NCBI GenBank assembly: GCA_048882045.1
Contig: JBHLRZ010000013.1
Span: 1 to 64,000, forward strand
Origin: Candidatus Thorarchaeota archaeon
GTDB taxonomy: Archaea; Asgardarchaeota; Thorarchaeia; Thorarchaeales; Thorarchaeaceae
DNA length: 64,000 bases
Direction: 5' to 3'
The notes below the pieces were generated by a model, which was not told where the DNA came from, did no database searches, and saw only the letters and a list, made by a program, of their open reading frames with translations. Every line of letters begins with the position of its first letter. The stretch's first letter is position 1. Positions 9,896-18,574 of the stretch are shown in pieces. A program made the translations under genes and the position numbers.

Positions 9896-11722
9896 TTGGG
9901 AGAGAAGGCGAAAGTCAAGGAAACGGTGAGACTGTATTCGAGAGTATGGCAATTACCATCCTATAGCCAGATAGTCCTACGAATGATACTCATGGTGTTA
10001 CTTGGTTCAGCCATCCTTGGTCTGATGAAAGGGTCTCTCCTGGAACCATTCGCTAGCTATTTAGTGATACTTGGACTTCCAGTCTTCATTGGGTCAGGAC
10101 TACTTTATCTCATTGCGACAGCTGAGAACTCACCATTGGATGCACGTCGGACAGGGGGGCTGGTACATTTTGGCCTCATATTCTGGATTGCTCTTAGTGT
10201 CATCGGAGGGATAATTGATACAGCACTTGGATCAACTTTCTACGAGATCCGATTCTCAATACTTGGAGTATCAATAGCGTATCTGGCATTTGCATTCCTT
10301 GTGAATGGGCTAAGTGACCATCATCCCTTGAGGAATAGCATTGCAGCTTTAATGCCACCAGGACTATGGATACTGGCCATGGTATTTATTGCCCCACTGA
10401 GCTCAGTTCTTCCTGTCTTTCCACAGTTCTGGTATATTCCTCTATTGCTTTCATTTTTCATTGGTACCTTGACTGTACACTACATCTACAGAGTAGTGAG
10501 TGTGCCCTTTGAGAGAGACCTTGGCATAAATGGACCACAGTTACTAAGAGCATTCGGTCACGACTATCTTGCAAATAATCCAACGCCACTAGAACAGACA
10601 TTGACACGGATTGCGACAACGCAGGATGTCCCAGTTGAGATACTCCTCTTCAAGGATGACCAAGGACCAGTGGCTTGCGGTGTGATTGATTATGTGCATC
10701 CCGGACCATTCAGAGATATTGGGAGCAGTGACCTTCCCTCAACAATTATTGAGCACATCCAAGAGAAACATGGCATCCCTGCATTTGTCCTACACGGAAG
10801 TTGCACACATCAACAGAATCTGACAACGAAGGAAGATTATCCAATTGTGCTAGAGGAGATTGACAGATTGATTGAGGAAATTGATGTCCATGAGGAAATC
10901 TCCGGACCACACTGGTCTGACGGTGGCAGGTACAAGGTGTGGACACTCTTCGTTGGAAATGATGTAATGACGATCAGTACAAGTGCTCCAGGTTTCACTG
11001 ACGACATATCGCTGGATGTAGGTTATGACACTGCGAATATGATACGAGAGCATCTCCCTCAAATAAGCGGCGTGGCTGTAGTAGATGCGCACAACTGTAT
11101 TGATGAAAGTGCTGTGTCTGTTGTACCGGGAGATCCTGAAGCGGGGGAATATGTAGGTACAGTTTCAGAAGCTGTTTTTTCAACAATAAATGAACCTAAG
11201 ACCCGTCTTCAGCTAGGTCTACACCAAGTGAAACCAGACAACATTAGTCAGACAGAAGGTATTGGACCAGGAGGAGTCATTGCAATTGTTCTTCAACGTA
11301 ATGACACGGAGATGGCACTCATATCGATAGATGGTAACAATATGGAATCTGGTTTCAGGGAGAAGATACTAAGTATTCTCAAGAGCCAGGGATTTGACGA
11401 TGTAGAGGTCGTGACCACAGATACTCATGTTGTGAATGCAATTTCACTATCAAGCAAAGGATACCCACCCGTTGGAAGAAACAAACCTGATGAAACCCTA
11501 GAACACATCGTCACAGCATCCGTGAAGGCTCGTGAGAGACTCCAGCCTGTGAAGACTGGCCTAGGCTTTGGAATGGCGAAAAGTCTCAGGACCTTCGGAG
11601 AGAAGGGTTTTGATATTCTTACTCAGGATATCGCAGAAGCAGCTGGAATAGCTAAAAAGGAGGGTATCCGAGCAGGTGGCGGGTCGATTCTTCTCTACAT
11701 ACTCCTCTCATTCCTCTTCTGA
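9896..11722 (+). CDS. DUF2070-family membrane protein
   Basis: N-terminal TM helices; VHPGPF..IGSS.LP, HG.C.H, DAHN, DGNNM, TTDTH motifs. Confidence 0.8.
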   Translation: MGEKAKVKETVRLYSRVWQLPSYSQIVLRMILMVLLGSAILGLMKGSLLEPFASYLVILGLPVFIGSGLLYLIATAENSPLDARRTGGLVHFGLIFWIALSVIGGIIDTALGSTFYEIRFSILGVSIAYLAFAFLVNGLSDHHPLRNSIAALMPPGLWILAMVFIAPLSSVLPVFPQFWYIPLLLSFFIGTLTVHYIYRVVSVPFERDLGINGPQLLRAFGHDYLANNPTPLEQTLTRIATTQDVPVEILLFKDDQGPVACGVIDYVHPGPFRDIGSSDLPSTIIEHIQEKHGIPAFVLHGSCTHQQNLTTKEDYPIVLEEIDRLIEEIDVHEEISGPHWSDGGRYKVWTLFVGNDVMTISTSAPGFTDDISLDVGYDTANMIREHLPQISGVAVVDAHNCIDESAVSVVPGDPEAGEYVGTVSEAVFSTINEPKTRLQLGLHQVKPDNISQTEGIGPGGVIAIVLQRNDTEMALISIDGNNMESGFREKILSILKSQGFDDVEVVTTDTHVVNAISLSSKGYPPVGRNKPDETLEHIVTASVKARERLQPVKTGLGFGMAKSLRTFGEKGFDILTQDIAEAAGIAKKEGIRAGGGSILLYILLSFLF

Positions 11723-11784
11723 GTCATTTCGATAGAAGTATATGGACAGATGTCAAGCAGTTGAATCTAGATGGTGATTGGAAC

Positions 11785-12351
11785 ATGAAGAAACGACTCC
11801 TCGTCTGCCTGACCGGTGCAAGCGGAGCAATCTACGGAGTCCGGTTGCTTCGGGCTCTGAAAGAGAATGGTCATGAGGTTCATTTGATTGTGTCCAAATG
11901 GGGGGAAGAAACGCTCAAGTACGAAACAGGACTGACTGGGGCGGATCTAGGCAAAGAAGTAGACTTTACGTATCAGGAAACAGATCTGGCAGCAGGTCCA
12001 GCGAGTGGTAGTTTTCCAATCGACGCTATGGTGGTAGTCCCATGCACTATGAAGACTCTTGCTGGGATTGCACATGGCTATGCTGACAATCTTATTGCGC
12101 GAGCGGCTGACTGCAGTCTCAAGGAGCGAAGAAAGCTAATCATTGTTCCTCGCGAGTCACCACTCAATTTGATACACATTAGGAACATGGCAGCAGTGAC
12201 AGAAGCAGGAGCCATAGTGATACCAGCCAGTCCTGCTTTTTGGGCAAAGCCAAAGACGATTGAAGAGCTCGTCGATTCGGTTGTTGAGAGAATCCTCTCA
12301 CACATCGGTGTTGATCAGGACTCAGTAGCTATATGGACAGGCGATAGCTAA
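11785..12351 (+). CDS. ubiX: Flavin prenyltransferase UbiX
   Basis: TGASGAIYG, PASGS, PCTMKTLAGIAHG.ADNLI.RAAD..LKERR.LI.VPRESP. Confidence 0.93.
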   Translation: MKKRLLVCLTGASGAIYGVRLLRALKENGHEVHLIVSKWGEETLKYETGLTGADLGKEVDFTYQETDLAAGPASGSFPIDAMVVVPCTMKTLAGIAHGYADNLIARAADCSLKERRKLIIVPRESPLNLIHIRNMAAVTEAGAIVIPASPAFWAKPKTIEELVDSVVERILSHIGVDQDSVAIWTGDS

Positions 12352-14213
12352 CTCCAGTGCAATGGAGTTCCACAGTGGTCGCAAATCACGGTTTCACCAG
12401 GAAGGGCTCGTTTCCGAAGTGCTGCACCACACTGGGCACACTCGATCTTCTTTGGGGCGATATCTCCAGTTTTTGCTTGGAGCTTGAGCAAGACCTCCCT
12501 GAGGTTCTCACGCATTTCAGAGAGCAGGAGCTCCATCTTGTCCTCATCATTACTTGCGACAGATATTCGCATTGTTAGATTCTCTTTCGAAACCGATCCA
12601 ATTACTATGTATTCAGTACCAGCCAAAGCCTTACCATAGAACCACGATTCTTCGCCATTCCTCGAATTACTCTTTTCTCCTACGAACTTCACACTCTGCT
12701 GTTCTATTACATCATTCACGATGTCGAGCATCTCTTGGACATCAGCATCAGGATCGATTTGGTATTCAGCCGCTCGTTCAGACTGAAGTCGAGTTTCGAG
12801 AATTTTCTCCAAGTCAGACATACTCATTGTAGAGAGATACGCATCCCGTGCCATTGCAGTATGATCATTTGGTACTTCGACTTTACTCTCACCATGATTG
12901 TCGCAGATAAGAATGACCTCTGATTTATCCCCTTTCTCCTGAATTTCTGTGAGATTCAACGGATTGTGACACTTGTGACATTCATAGAGCTGGCGATAGA
13001 ACCGTTCAGTGATTGTCGCGTCAGCCTTAATGTGGAGTTGTCTTTGGGTACCATGTCCGTTTCTGCATTCCATTTTGAGTTCTACGAGATCATCGCGAAC
13101 TTTCGTATCCCGTATTGTCATTGGAGATGTACACTTTTCACACTTCAGACTCTCCTCTATGGAAGGCATCAAGTCGATGTGAGGGGCTCTCTCTTCAACA
13201 TGTTTGAAGATTCCGACAGCTACGCCTTTCTTGAAGTCACCATGAATAGGACATACAAGCTTCAACTCAACATTGTTCCCACTGACTTTTGAATCAATGA
13301 TGTCAGTGGTTAGGTCACAATCATTACATTTCAAGACTCCATAGACTATGGAGTCGATGGCTTCTTCATCAAGTTCCACGGGTTGCGAGAGTTCCACGCC
13401 ATGCCCGTTCTTACAACTGCATTTGAGCTTGTACTTCATCTTGTCAAGCTCAATAGTTTTTATTGAAACAGGGTTACCACAATCTCTACAGTTGAGCATG
13501 GATTTTACAATACTACCCTCCGACATAGCCTCAACAATTGATTCGAGCATCCAAGCATACTCCGCTGGTAGCTCCTTCTTTGATTTTCCATGTGCAGGAC
13601 ATGCAAGCTCTATACGGGCTTTATTCCCCTTGGGTTGCGTTTCTAATACTTGACATGGCAGCCCGCATTCATCACAATGGATGAGTCGCTTGACAACAGT
13701 CTTGAGGACTGATTCATCTGCAACCTTCGGAACGAACCTCATCTCTTTATGTCCGTTAGAACAGCGAGCTTTCACCTCGAGTATTCCTTTCTTATCTGTG
13801 ATTTCATGAGCAATGAAAACCTCACCGCACTTTGCACAGCTCAAAGAGTCTAAGATAGATTTTGAGCTGTTCATACTGCTTTGGAGACCAGTAATTGCAG
13901 TATGATAGAACGCTGGTATCGAACGGATCTGGGATCCATGTATCGGGCAAATGAACGTATACTCAGCCTTCTGTCGTCCAACATCCGTGTTCATCAGAGA
14001 CATTGTGGAACCGCACTCGATACAAGTGAAGATACCTTCAAAGACCTCATGAGCCATACTGTCAGCCTGATACTTTGAGATGTCTCGTTTACCTTTGTGA
14101 CCATTCAGGCATTGACAGTAGACACGAAGTGTACTTCCCCTCAACTCACCCGTCAGAGCGTAGAATGGTTCCTTGCATTTCTTACAAGTGAACAAGTTTC
14201 CTCTCTCCACCAA
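12348..14213 (-). CDS. Multi metal-ribbon repeat protein (8 repeats, platform-like domain, C-terminal C4 ribbon)
   Basis: Eight CxxC-x~19-C(xx)GH/CPxHG units; C-terminal CAQC..CDHC. Confidence 0.8.
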   Translation of the reverse strand: MVERGNLFTCKKCKEPFYALTGELRGSTLRVYCQCLNGHKGKRDISKYQADSMAHEVFEGIFTCIECGSTMSLMNTDVGRQKAEYTFICPIHGSQIRSIPAFYHTAITGLQSSMNSSKSILDSLSCAKCGEVFIAHEITDKKGILEVKARCSNGHKEMRFVPKVADESVLKTVVKRLIHCDECGLPCQVLETQPKGNKARIELACPAHGKSKKELPAEYAWMLESIVEAMSEGSIVKSMLNCRDCGNPVSIKTIELDKMKYKLKCSCKNGHGVELSQPVELDEEAIDSIVYGVLKCNDCDLTTDIIDSKVSGNNVELKLVCPIHGDFKKGVAVGIFKHVEERAPHIDLMPSIEESLKCEKCTSPMTIRDTKVRDDLVELKMECRNGHGTQRQLHIKADATITERFYRQLYECHKCHNPLNLTEIQEKGDKSEVILICDNHGESKVEVPNDHTAMARDAYLSTMSMSDLEKILETRLQSERAAEYQIDPDADVQEMLDIVNDVIEQQSVKFVGEKSNSRNGEESWFYGKALAGTEYIVIGSVSKENLTMRISVASNDEDKMELLLSEMRENLREVLLKLQAKTGDIAPKKIECAQCGAALRKRALPGETVICDHCGTPLHWS

Positions 14214-14286
14214 GGCGCGCGGCGATGAAACTACATCTAGGGAGATGAGGTTACTAAAAGGTATTGCGCACAGGCAGAATATTGCT

Positions 14287-16560
14287 CTACTGGAGATATA
14301 GAGCGATAGTAAGTGAGTGTGTACAGTATTTGCAACGAACTGGGAGCCTTCTTCCTAGCTTCTCAACCTGTTCAATCTCGAGTGGAGCCCCACAACGAAG
14401 ACAGACCCATGAATCCATGGTATCAGCCAGCTCATCTATTGTAGTTGGGAGCATAGAAACATCTTCTCCCAATGCTTCGACTCGTACAGTTGAATGCCGT
14501 CCATTTTCTGGTCCGCTGATGAGAAGAACAACTGCTACCTTTTTCTGTGTATACTTGCCCTCTGCATAGCCACGGATTGTTCCTATGAACTCTCCAGAAA
14601 CTAGTTTTTCCTCTGCGTCTACAATATGGAAGTTCTTAGCTGGGAGAATCTTCTCGGCTTTTGTATACAATACTTGAGCATTCCAATCCAATGTCTGCTC
14701 CTGTTGAGTCTTCTCAAGTCCCATTAACACAAGTTCAAACGTCCTACTTGTTTCCTTTAGAGGTTGAAGGAGATCACAAACAGATCTGATGAGGAAAGGC
14801 TCAACGTTCACGGTATGGAGTTGGTCGAGGAAATCAATGTAAGAAACTGTCGCTACAACTTTACCTTGAACACAGTCCTTTGTTGGATAAAGTGTGAACT
14901 GGGGACTTCTGAAACCTCCTACTTCAATTCTAGAGATAGTCTTCACGTTCTCACCTGCAAGTTCCATGCAGTCCCTAGGATAGGCGATCATACTTACTGT
15001 GACATTAGTAATGACATAACCACTGTCGTTCTTTACTTTAACCTTGAAATCGAACTTGCCACCCACTATTTCGCAACCACGAAGCACTTGGACACCGTGG
15101 TTGACCCCTGCTGGTTCATCTGAAACTTCGAGGATTTCTGCAGGTTTTGGTTCAGGAGCTTCTGTTGGAGGTTTGACCTTGTCCTCCTGCATCTCATCAT
15201 ATGCCATCTGCATGGCTTCCGCGTGGTCAGGGGGTATATCTAATACGGTTTTTCCATGAAGAGAACAGAGTAAAACAACTCGGTCTTCTCGATCCCTGGG
15301 TTCGATATATACTAGGTCAAGTGGTTCGTAGCACTCAGGACATTGATAGAGCTGCTTGTAAAGACCTGAAAGTGTTTCCTGATCCAGACCAGGGATGAAG
15401 AGTCTTTTGCTTCGATGACCATTTCGACACTCAGTATCGAACTCAATAAGACCTCTACGTTCTTCAACATCTCGGACATTCATGGGCATACTGCATTTCT
15501 CGCAACTGAGACTACGAACAATTGAAGGCATTCTGTCAATAGAAGGTTCGAACTCCTCAACTATCTTGAAGACATCCGGTGATACTACACGGTTCATCAC
15601 TCCATGTATGGGACAAACTATTCGGAAGTCGACCTTCTTCTTGCCTTTCTTCTTGTCAAGAATATGAGTTAACTGGCCACACTCCTCACAAGTCAAAACC
15701 GCATGAGTAATCCGATTGGTGACTGGTTCACTCCATGATAACGGTAGGACCCGGTCAGAGGTTTGCTTTGTTCCAGGACAGACACATTTGAGTCGATAGC
15801 CTTGTTTTGTTTCCTCGATTTCTCGAATAGCTAAGTGCTTCCGACATTCATGTGATGTGAGAGTCGATTTGACGACTGCATCTTCAGGAATTTCGGCCAC
15901 TGCCTCTTGAAGCAGGTCCAGCTGAGTACCAAGGATATCCTTTCTAACGACTCCATGTATTGGACATGAAGTTTGGACTCGTGCTATGTTTCCACGCTTT
16001 TCAACATGGGTTATGTGTCCAGGAAGGCCACATCGATCGCAATGAACGACCCGCTGCAGGATATTCTTCAGAAGAGTAGTTTCAATTGAAGTTGGTAGAT
16101 ACCTGGTAGCTTTGTGTCCATTAGCACAGCTCGTATCGACCTCCAAGATTCCTCGGCGTTGATCAAGCTCGTTGACAACATACACTAGACCACACTGTGG
16201 ACATCTGAAGGAATCGATAATAGATCGAGGACTATCCACCACACCTCCAACGAGATCAACAACAGAATTGAATTCTAGAGGATATTCTCGTTTCTGAGGC
16301 CCATGGATCGGACATAGGAAGAGAGATTCAATCTTATTTCCTTGGACTCTTTCCTCGATGTGGGTCATATTGAAACCACATTCAGTACAGGTATACAGTC
16401 TCTTGAAGACGTCCGACGCTATCTCTTTTGCCTGGTGTTCGGAAAGACGGCGAACACTCTTGTGACCTTGAAGGCACTGAACATCCATCGTCAGAATCTT
16501 GTCCTTCATTTCAGCACTATGAATGAAGAGCGGGTCACCGCAGCGTTTGCACTGGAACAA
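14287..16560 (-). CDS. Multi metal-ribbon repeat protein with Ig-like plus platform (appendage-like) domain and C-terminal C4 ribbon
   Basis: Eight repeats as in the neighbour (5th degenerate), Pro-rich linker, beta-sandwich, alpha/beta domain, CLRC..CKYC. Confidence 0.8.
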   Translation of the reverse strand: MFQCKRCGDPLFIHSAEMKDKILTMDVQCLQGHKSVRRLSEHQAKEIASDVFKRLYTCTECGFNMTHIEERVQGNKIESLFLCPIHGPQKREYPLEFNSVVDLVGGVVDSPRSIIDSFRCPQCGLVYVVNELDQRRGILEVDTSCANGHKATRYLPTSIETTLLKNILQRVVHCDRCGLPGHITHVEKRGNIARVQTSCPIHGVVRKDILGTQLDLLQEAVAEIPEDAVVKSTLTSHECRKHLAIREIEETKQGYRLKCVCPGTKQTSDRVLPLSWSEPVTNRITHAVLTCEECGQLTHILDKKKGKKKVDFRIVCPIHGVMNRVVSPDVFKIVEEFEPSIDRMPSIVRSLSCEKCSMPMNVRDVEERRGLIEFDTECRNGHRSKRLFIPGLDQETLSGLYKQLYQCPECYEPLDLVYIEPRDREDRVVLLCSLHGKTVLDIPPDHAEAMQMAYDEMQEDKVKPPTEAPEPKPAEILEVSDEPAGVNHGVQVLRGCEIVGGKFDFKVKVKNDSGYVITNVTVSMIAYPRDCMELAGENVKTISRIEVGGFRSPQFTLYPTKDCVQGKVVATVSYIDFLDQLHTVNVEPFLIRSVCDLLQPLKETSRTFELVLMGLEKTQQEQTLDWNAQVLYTKAEKILPAKNFHIVDAEEKLVSGEFIGTIRGYAEGKYTQKKVAVVLLISGPENGRHSTVRVEALGEDVSMLPTTIDELADTMDSWVCLRCGAPLEIEQVEKLGRRLPVRCKYCTHSLTIALYLQ

Positions 16561-16650
16561 TTCTGAACACCACTGGTAGCGAGGACTGAGTAGTGAACTT
16601 CAGAATTCACTATTAAGGGAATTTCAGGTGAGTTCTAGGAGTTAGATCTT

Positions 16651-17151
16651 TTATTGATCCGTATCTTCTTCTTCCTCGTCTTCAACTATCTCTTCAACAT
16701 CAACAATCTCAGGTTCAGATTTGGGTTCGTCTCTCTTTCTCTGCTGAGCCTCCAGAAAATCTTCTAGGTTCTTCACAATAGGAATATCAATTCTTTGAAG
16801 TGCAATAGAGAACCCATAGAAGAGTAACATGACATTCCCAATTATGCTGAGTACTGGTGCAATCACCAGACCAGCCAACGGAATAAGAAGAGTAAATGGT
16901 GCAATCACGTAAATCAAACCACCAATGAGTAATCCTGGTAGTGCAGCGGATATTGGCCTACTCATCGCCGCCTGAGCTGTTGCAATGATTGTCAAAGCGA
17001 ATCCACATGCTGAAACAAGTGGAGCCAATAACAGTGTCAGAGGTGCTATAAGCCAAATGACTGCACCAACTAGGATTAACAAGAAATTTGGTGATGTCCA
17101 TATTTGTTCGAATACTTCTCTTTGATCACTCAACTTCCTCACCAATATCAC
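16651..17151 (-). CDS. Small membrane protein with acidic tail
   Basis: Four hydrophobic helices (internal two-fold repeat: IWLIAPLTLL / IYVIAPFTLL), Glu-rich C-terminus. Confidence 0.6.
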   Translation of the reverse strand: MILVRKLSDQREVFEQIWTSPNFLLILVGAVIWLIAPLTLLLAPLVSACGFALTIIATAQAAMSRPISAALPGLLIGGLIYVIAPFTLLIPLAGLVIAPVLSIIGNVMLLFYGFSIALQRIDIPIVKNLEDFLEAQQRKRDEPKSEPEIVDVEEIVEDEEEEDTDQ

Positions 17152-17196
17152 AACGCGGGGAGTGAGAGATATTATGTATTTTGGAGTGTCATTTGT

Positions 17197-18468
17197 CTAC
17201 TGAGTTCCAGTTGCATCGACACTTTCCAGGATAGCGTCAGCTGACTTCTTCAACTTAGACCGATATCCACGAGTTGTATAGACACGGACTGGTTTCAAAA
17301 TCCTAGTGAAGCTTCTTGCCATTGGGCTCATATCAGTCACTTTCCAGAATTCGTAGCCACTGGAACCACGCTCGAACAGGACGAGATCTTCTAGATTGTA
17401 GCGACCGGGATAGTAGGTGACTGAAGCCCTGTCTGGGAAATCTATGTAGACATTACTTGGGTCGATTCCAGCATCGTCTGCAATCTCTTTCTCTGTCTCG
17501 TAAAGTCCGTCTGGCGTAGAGAGCCTCGCTAGAAATGTCGGATCTGAGAGTGCTCTCGAGCTCACCAGTTTCACAAGATTTCTCTGGCTGAAGTCACGGA
17601 ATATTCGGTTTGCAATACGTAGTTCTTCTGACGCATCGTCTTCGACTTTCAAGAGGCGATGGAGAAATGTGAGATCATCGATTTGGAAGAACTTTGCGTC
17701 GTCTGTGGGAAGTGGGAATAACTGGGAACCAGCTTCATCAAGCACTCGGAGGAGCATGAGTTCCGCTGCACGGACGGTTTTGTGGAAGTATACAGCATCG
17801 AACATATTGGCAGATGCTGACAAATAGGACTCAAGAGTGAACAATGAACCCCTTTCTACTGCAATCTTGTTCTTCGCAATCCTTGTAGAGGAGAACAGTC
17901 GTCTGAATTCTAGTTGGGCATATTCAACACCCGCAAAGTATGAGTCTCGTTCCAGATCATCTATCAGCTCAGGATTGATAGGACAATGAGTCAAATCTAT
18001 ATATGTCCCTTTGAGTGGAACACCTTTCAAAATCAAGTCACCAACCTCAGCCTTAGTGAAGCCATGTTTTTCAACGAGATCTCCAACCTCAGTTTCTTTC
18101 AGAAGGATCTCTCCAATTTTGGGTCTGTTGACCCCTCTGACGGTAAGGTACTCCTCCGATACATTAGCCCATGGACCATTTGTGAGCATCAGTAGGAGAG
18201 AAGCCAATCGACCTCTGAGAACCTCTTCCAACTCACCACCAAGATATTCTATGAAAAGCTCGGTCATATGCATGAAACCTAAGGTCCGGCCCAACAGAGA
18301 TATTGCTGCCCCTGGGTAGACCAACGAAATTCCTGCAGGTCCTTGGATGTATCGGAGTCTCTGACTAACACGAAGGTCAATGATTTCTTTCTCTAACTGG
18401 GTCAGAGCTACGTATCCATGAATTGGGTCCTTTATCTGAAGCACAGATGGTAAATCAGTCACTGGCAT
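17197..18468 (-). CDS. HD-domain protein of the SAMHD1/dNTPase-like family with degenerate metal site
   Basis: IKDPIHGY, QRLR, VYPGA, RDSYFAGV, VYFHKTVRAAE; the H..HD..D ligands are missing. Confidence 0.8.
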   Translation of the reverse strand: MPVTDLPSVLQIKDPIHGYVALTQLEKEIIDLRVSQRLRYIQGPAGISLVYPGAAISLLGRTLGFMHMTELFIEYLGGELEEVLRGRLASLLLMLTNGPWANVSEEYLTVRGVNRPKIGEILLKETEVGDLVEKHGFTKAEVGDLILKGVPLKGTYIDLTHCPINPELIDDLERDSYFAGVEYAQLEFRRLFSSTRIAKNKIAVERGSLFTLESYLSASANMFDAVYFHKTVRAAELMLLRVLDEAGSQLFPLPTDDAKFFQIDDLTFLHRLLKVEDDASEELRIANRIFRDFSQRNLVKLVSSRALSDPTFLARLSTPDGLYETEKEIADDAGIDPSNVYIDFPDRASVTYYPGRYNLEDLVLFERGSSGYEFWKVTDMSPMARSFTRILKPVRVYTTRGYRSKLKKSADAILESVDATGTQ

Positions 18469-18574
18469 AGGAATTCAGCCCTTAACACTCAAAAAGAACT
18501 GTATAAAAAGGCTTCAAATACGCAGTTTGCTCCTAGGCGAACCTTCATCAAGGGTATTGTGAGGCCAAGATTCC

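Noticed and set aside
11785-12351. ubiX without an adjacent ubiD
   Set aside because: Commonly unlinked in archaea; not unusual
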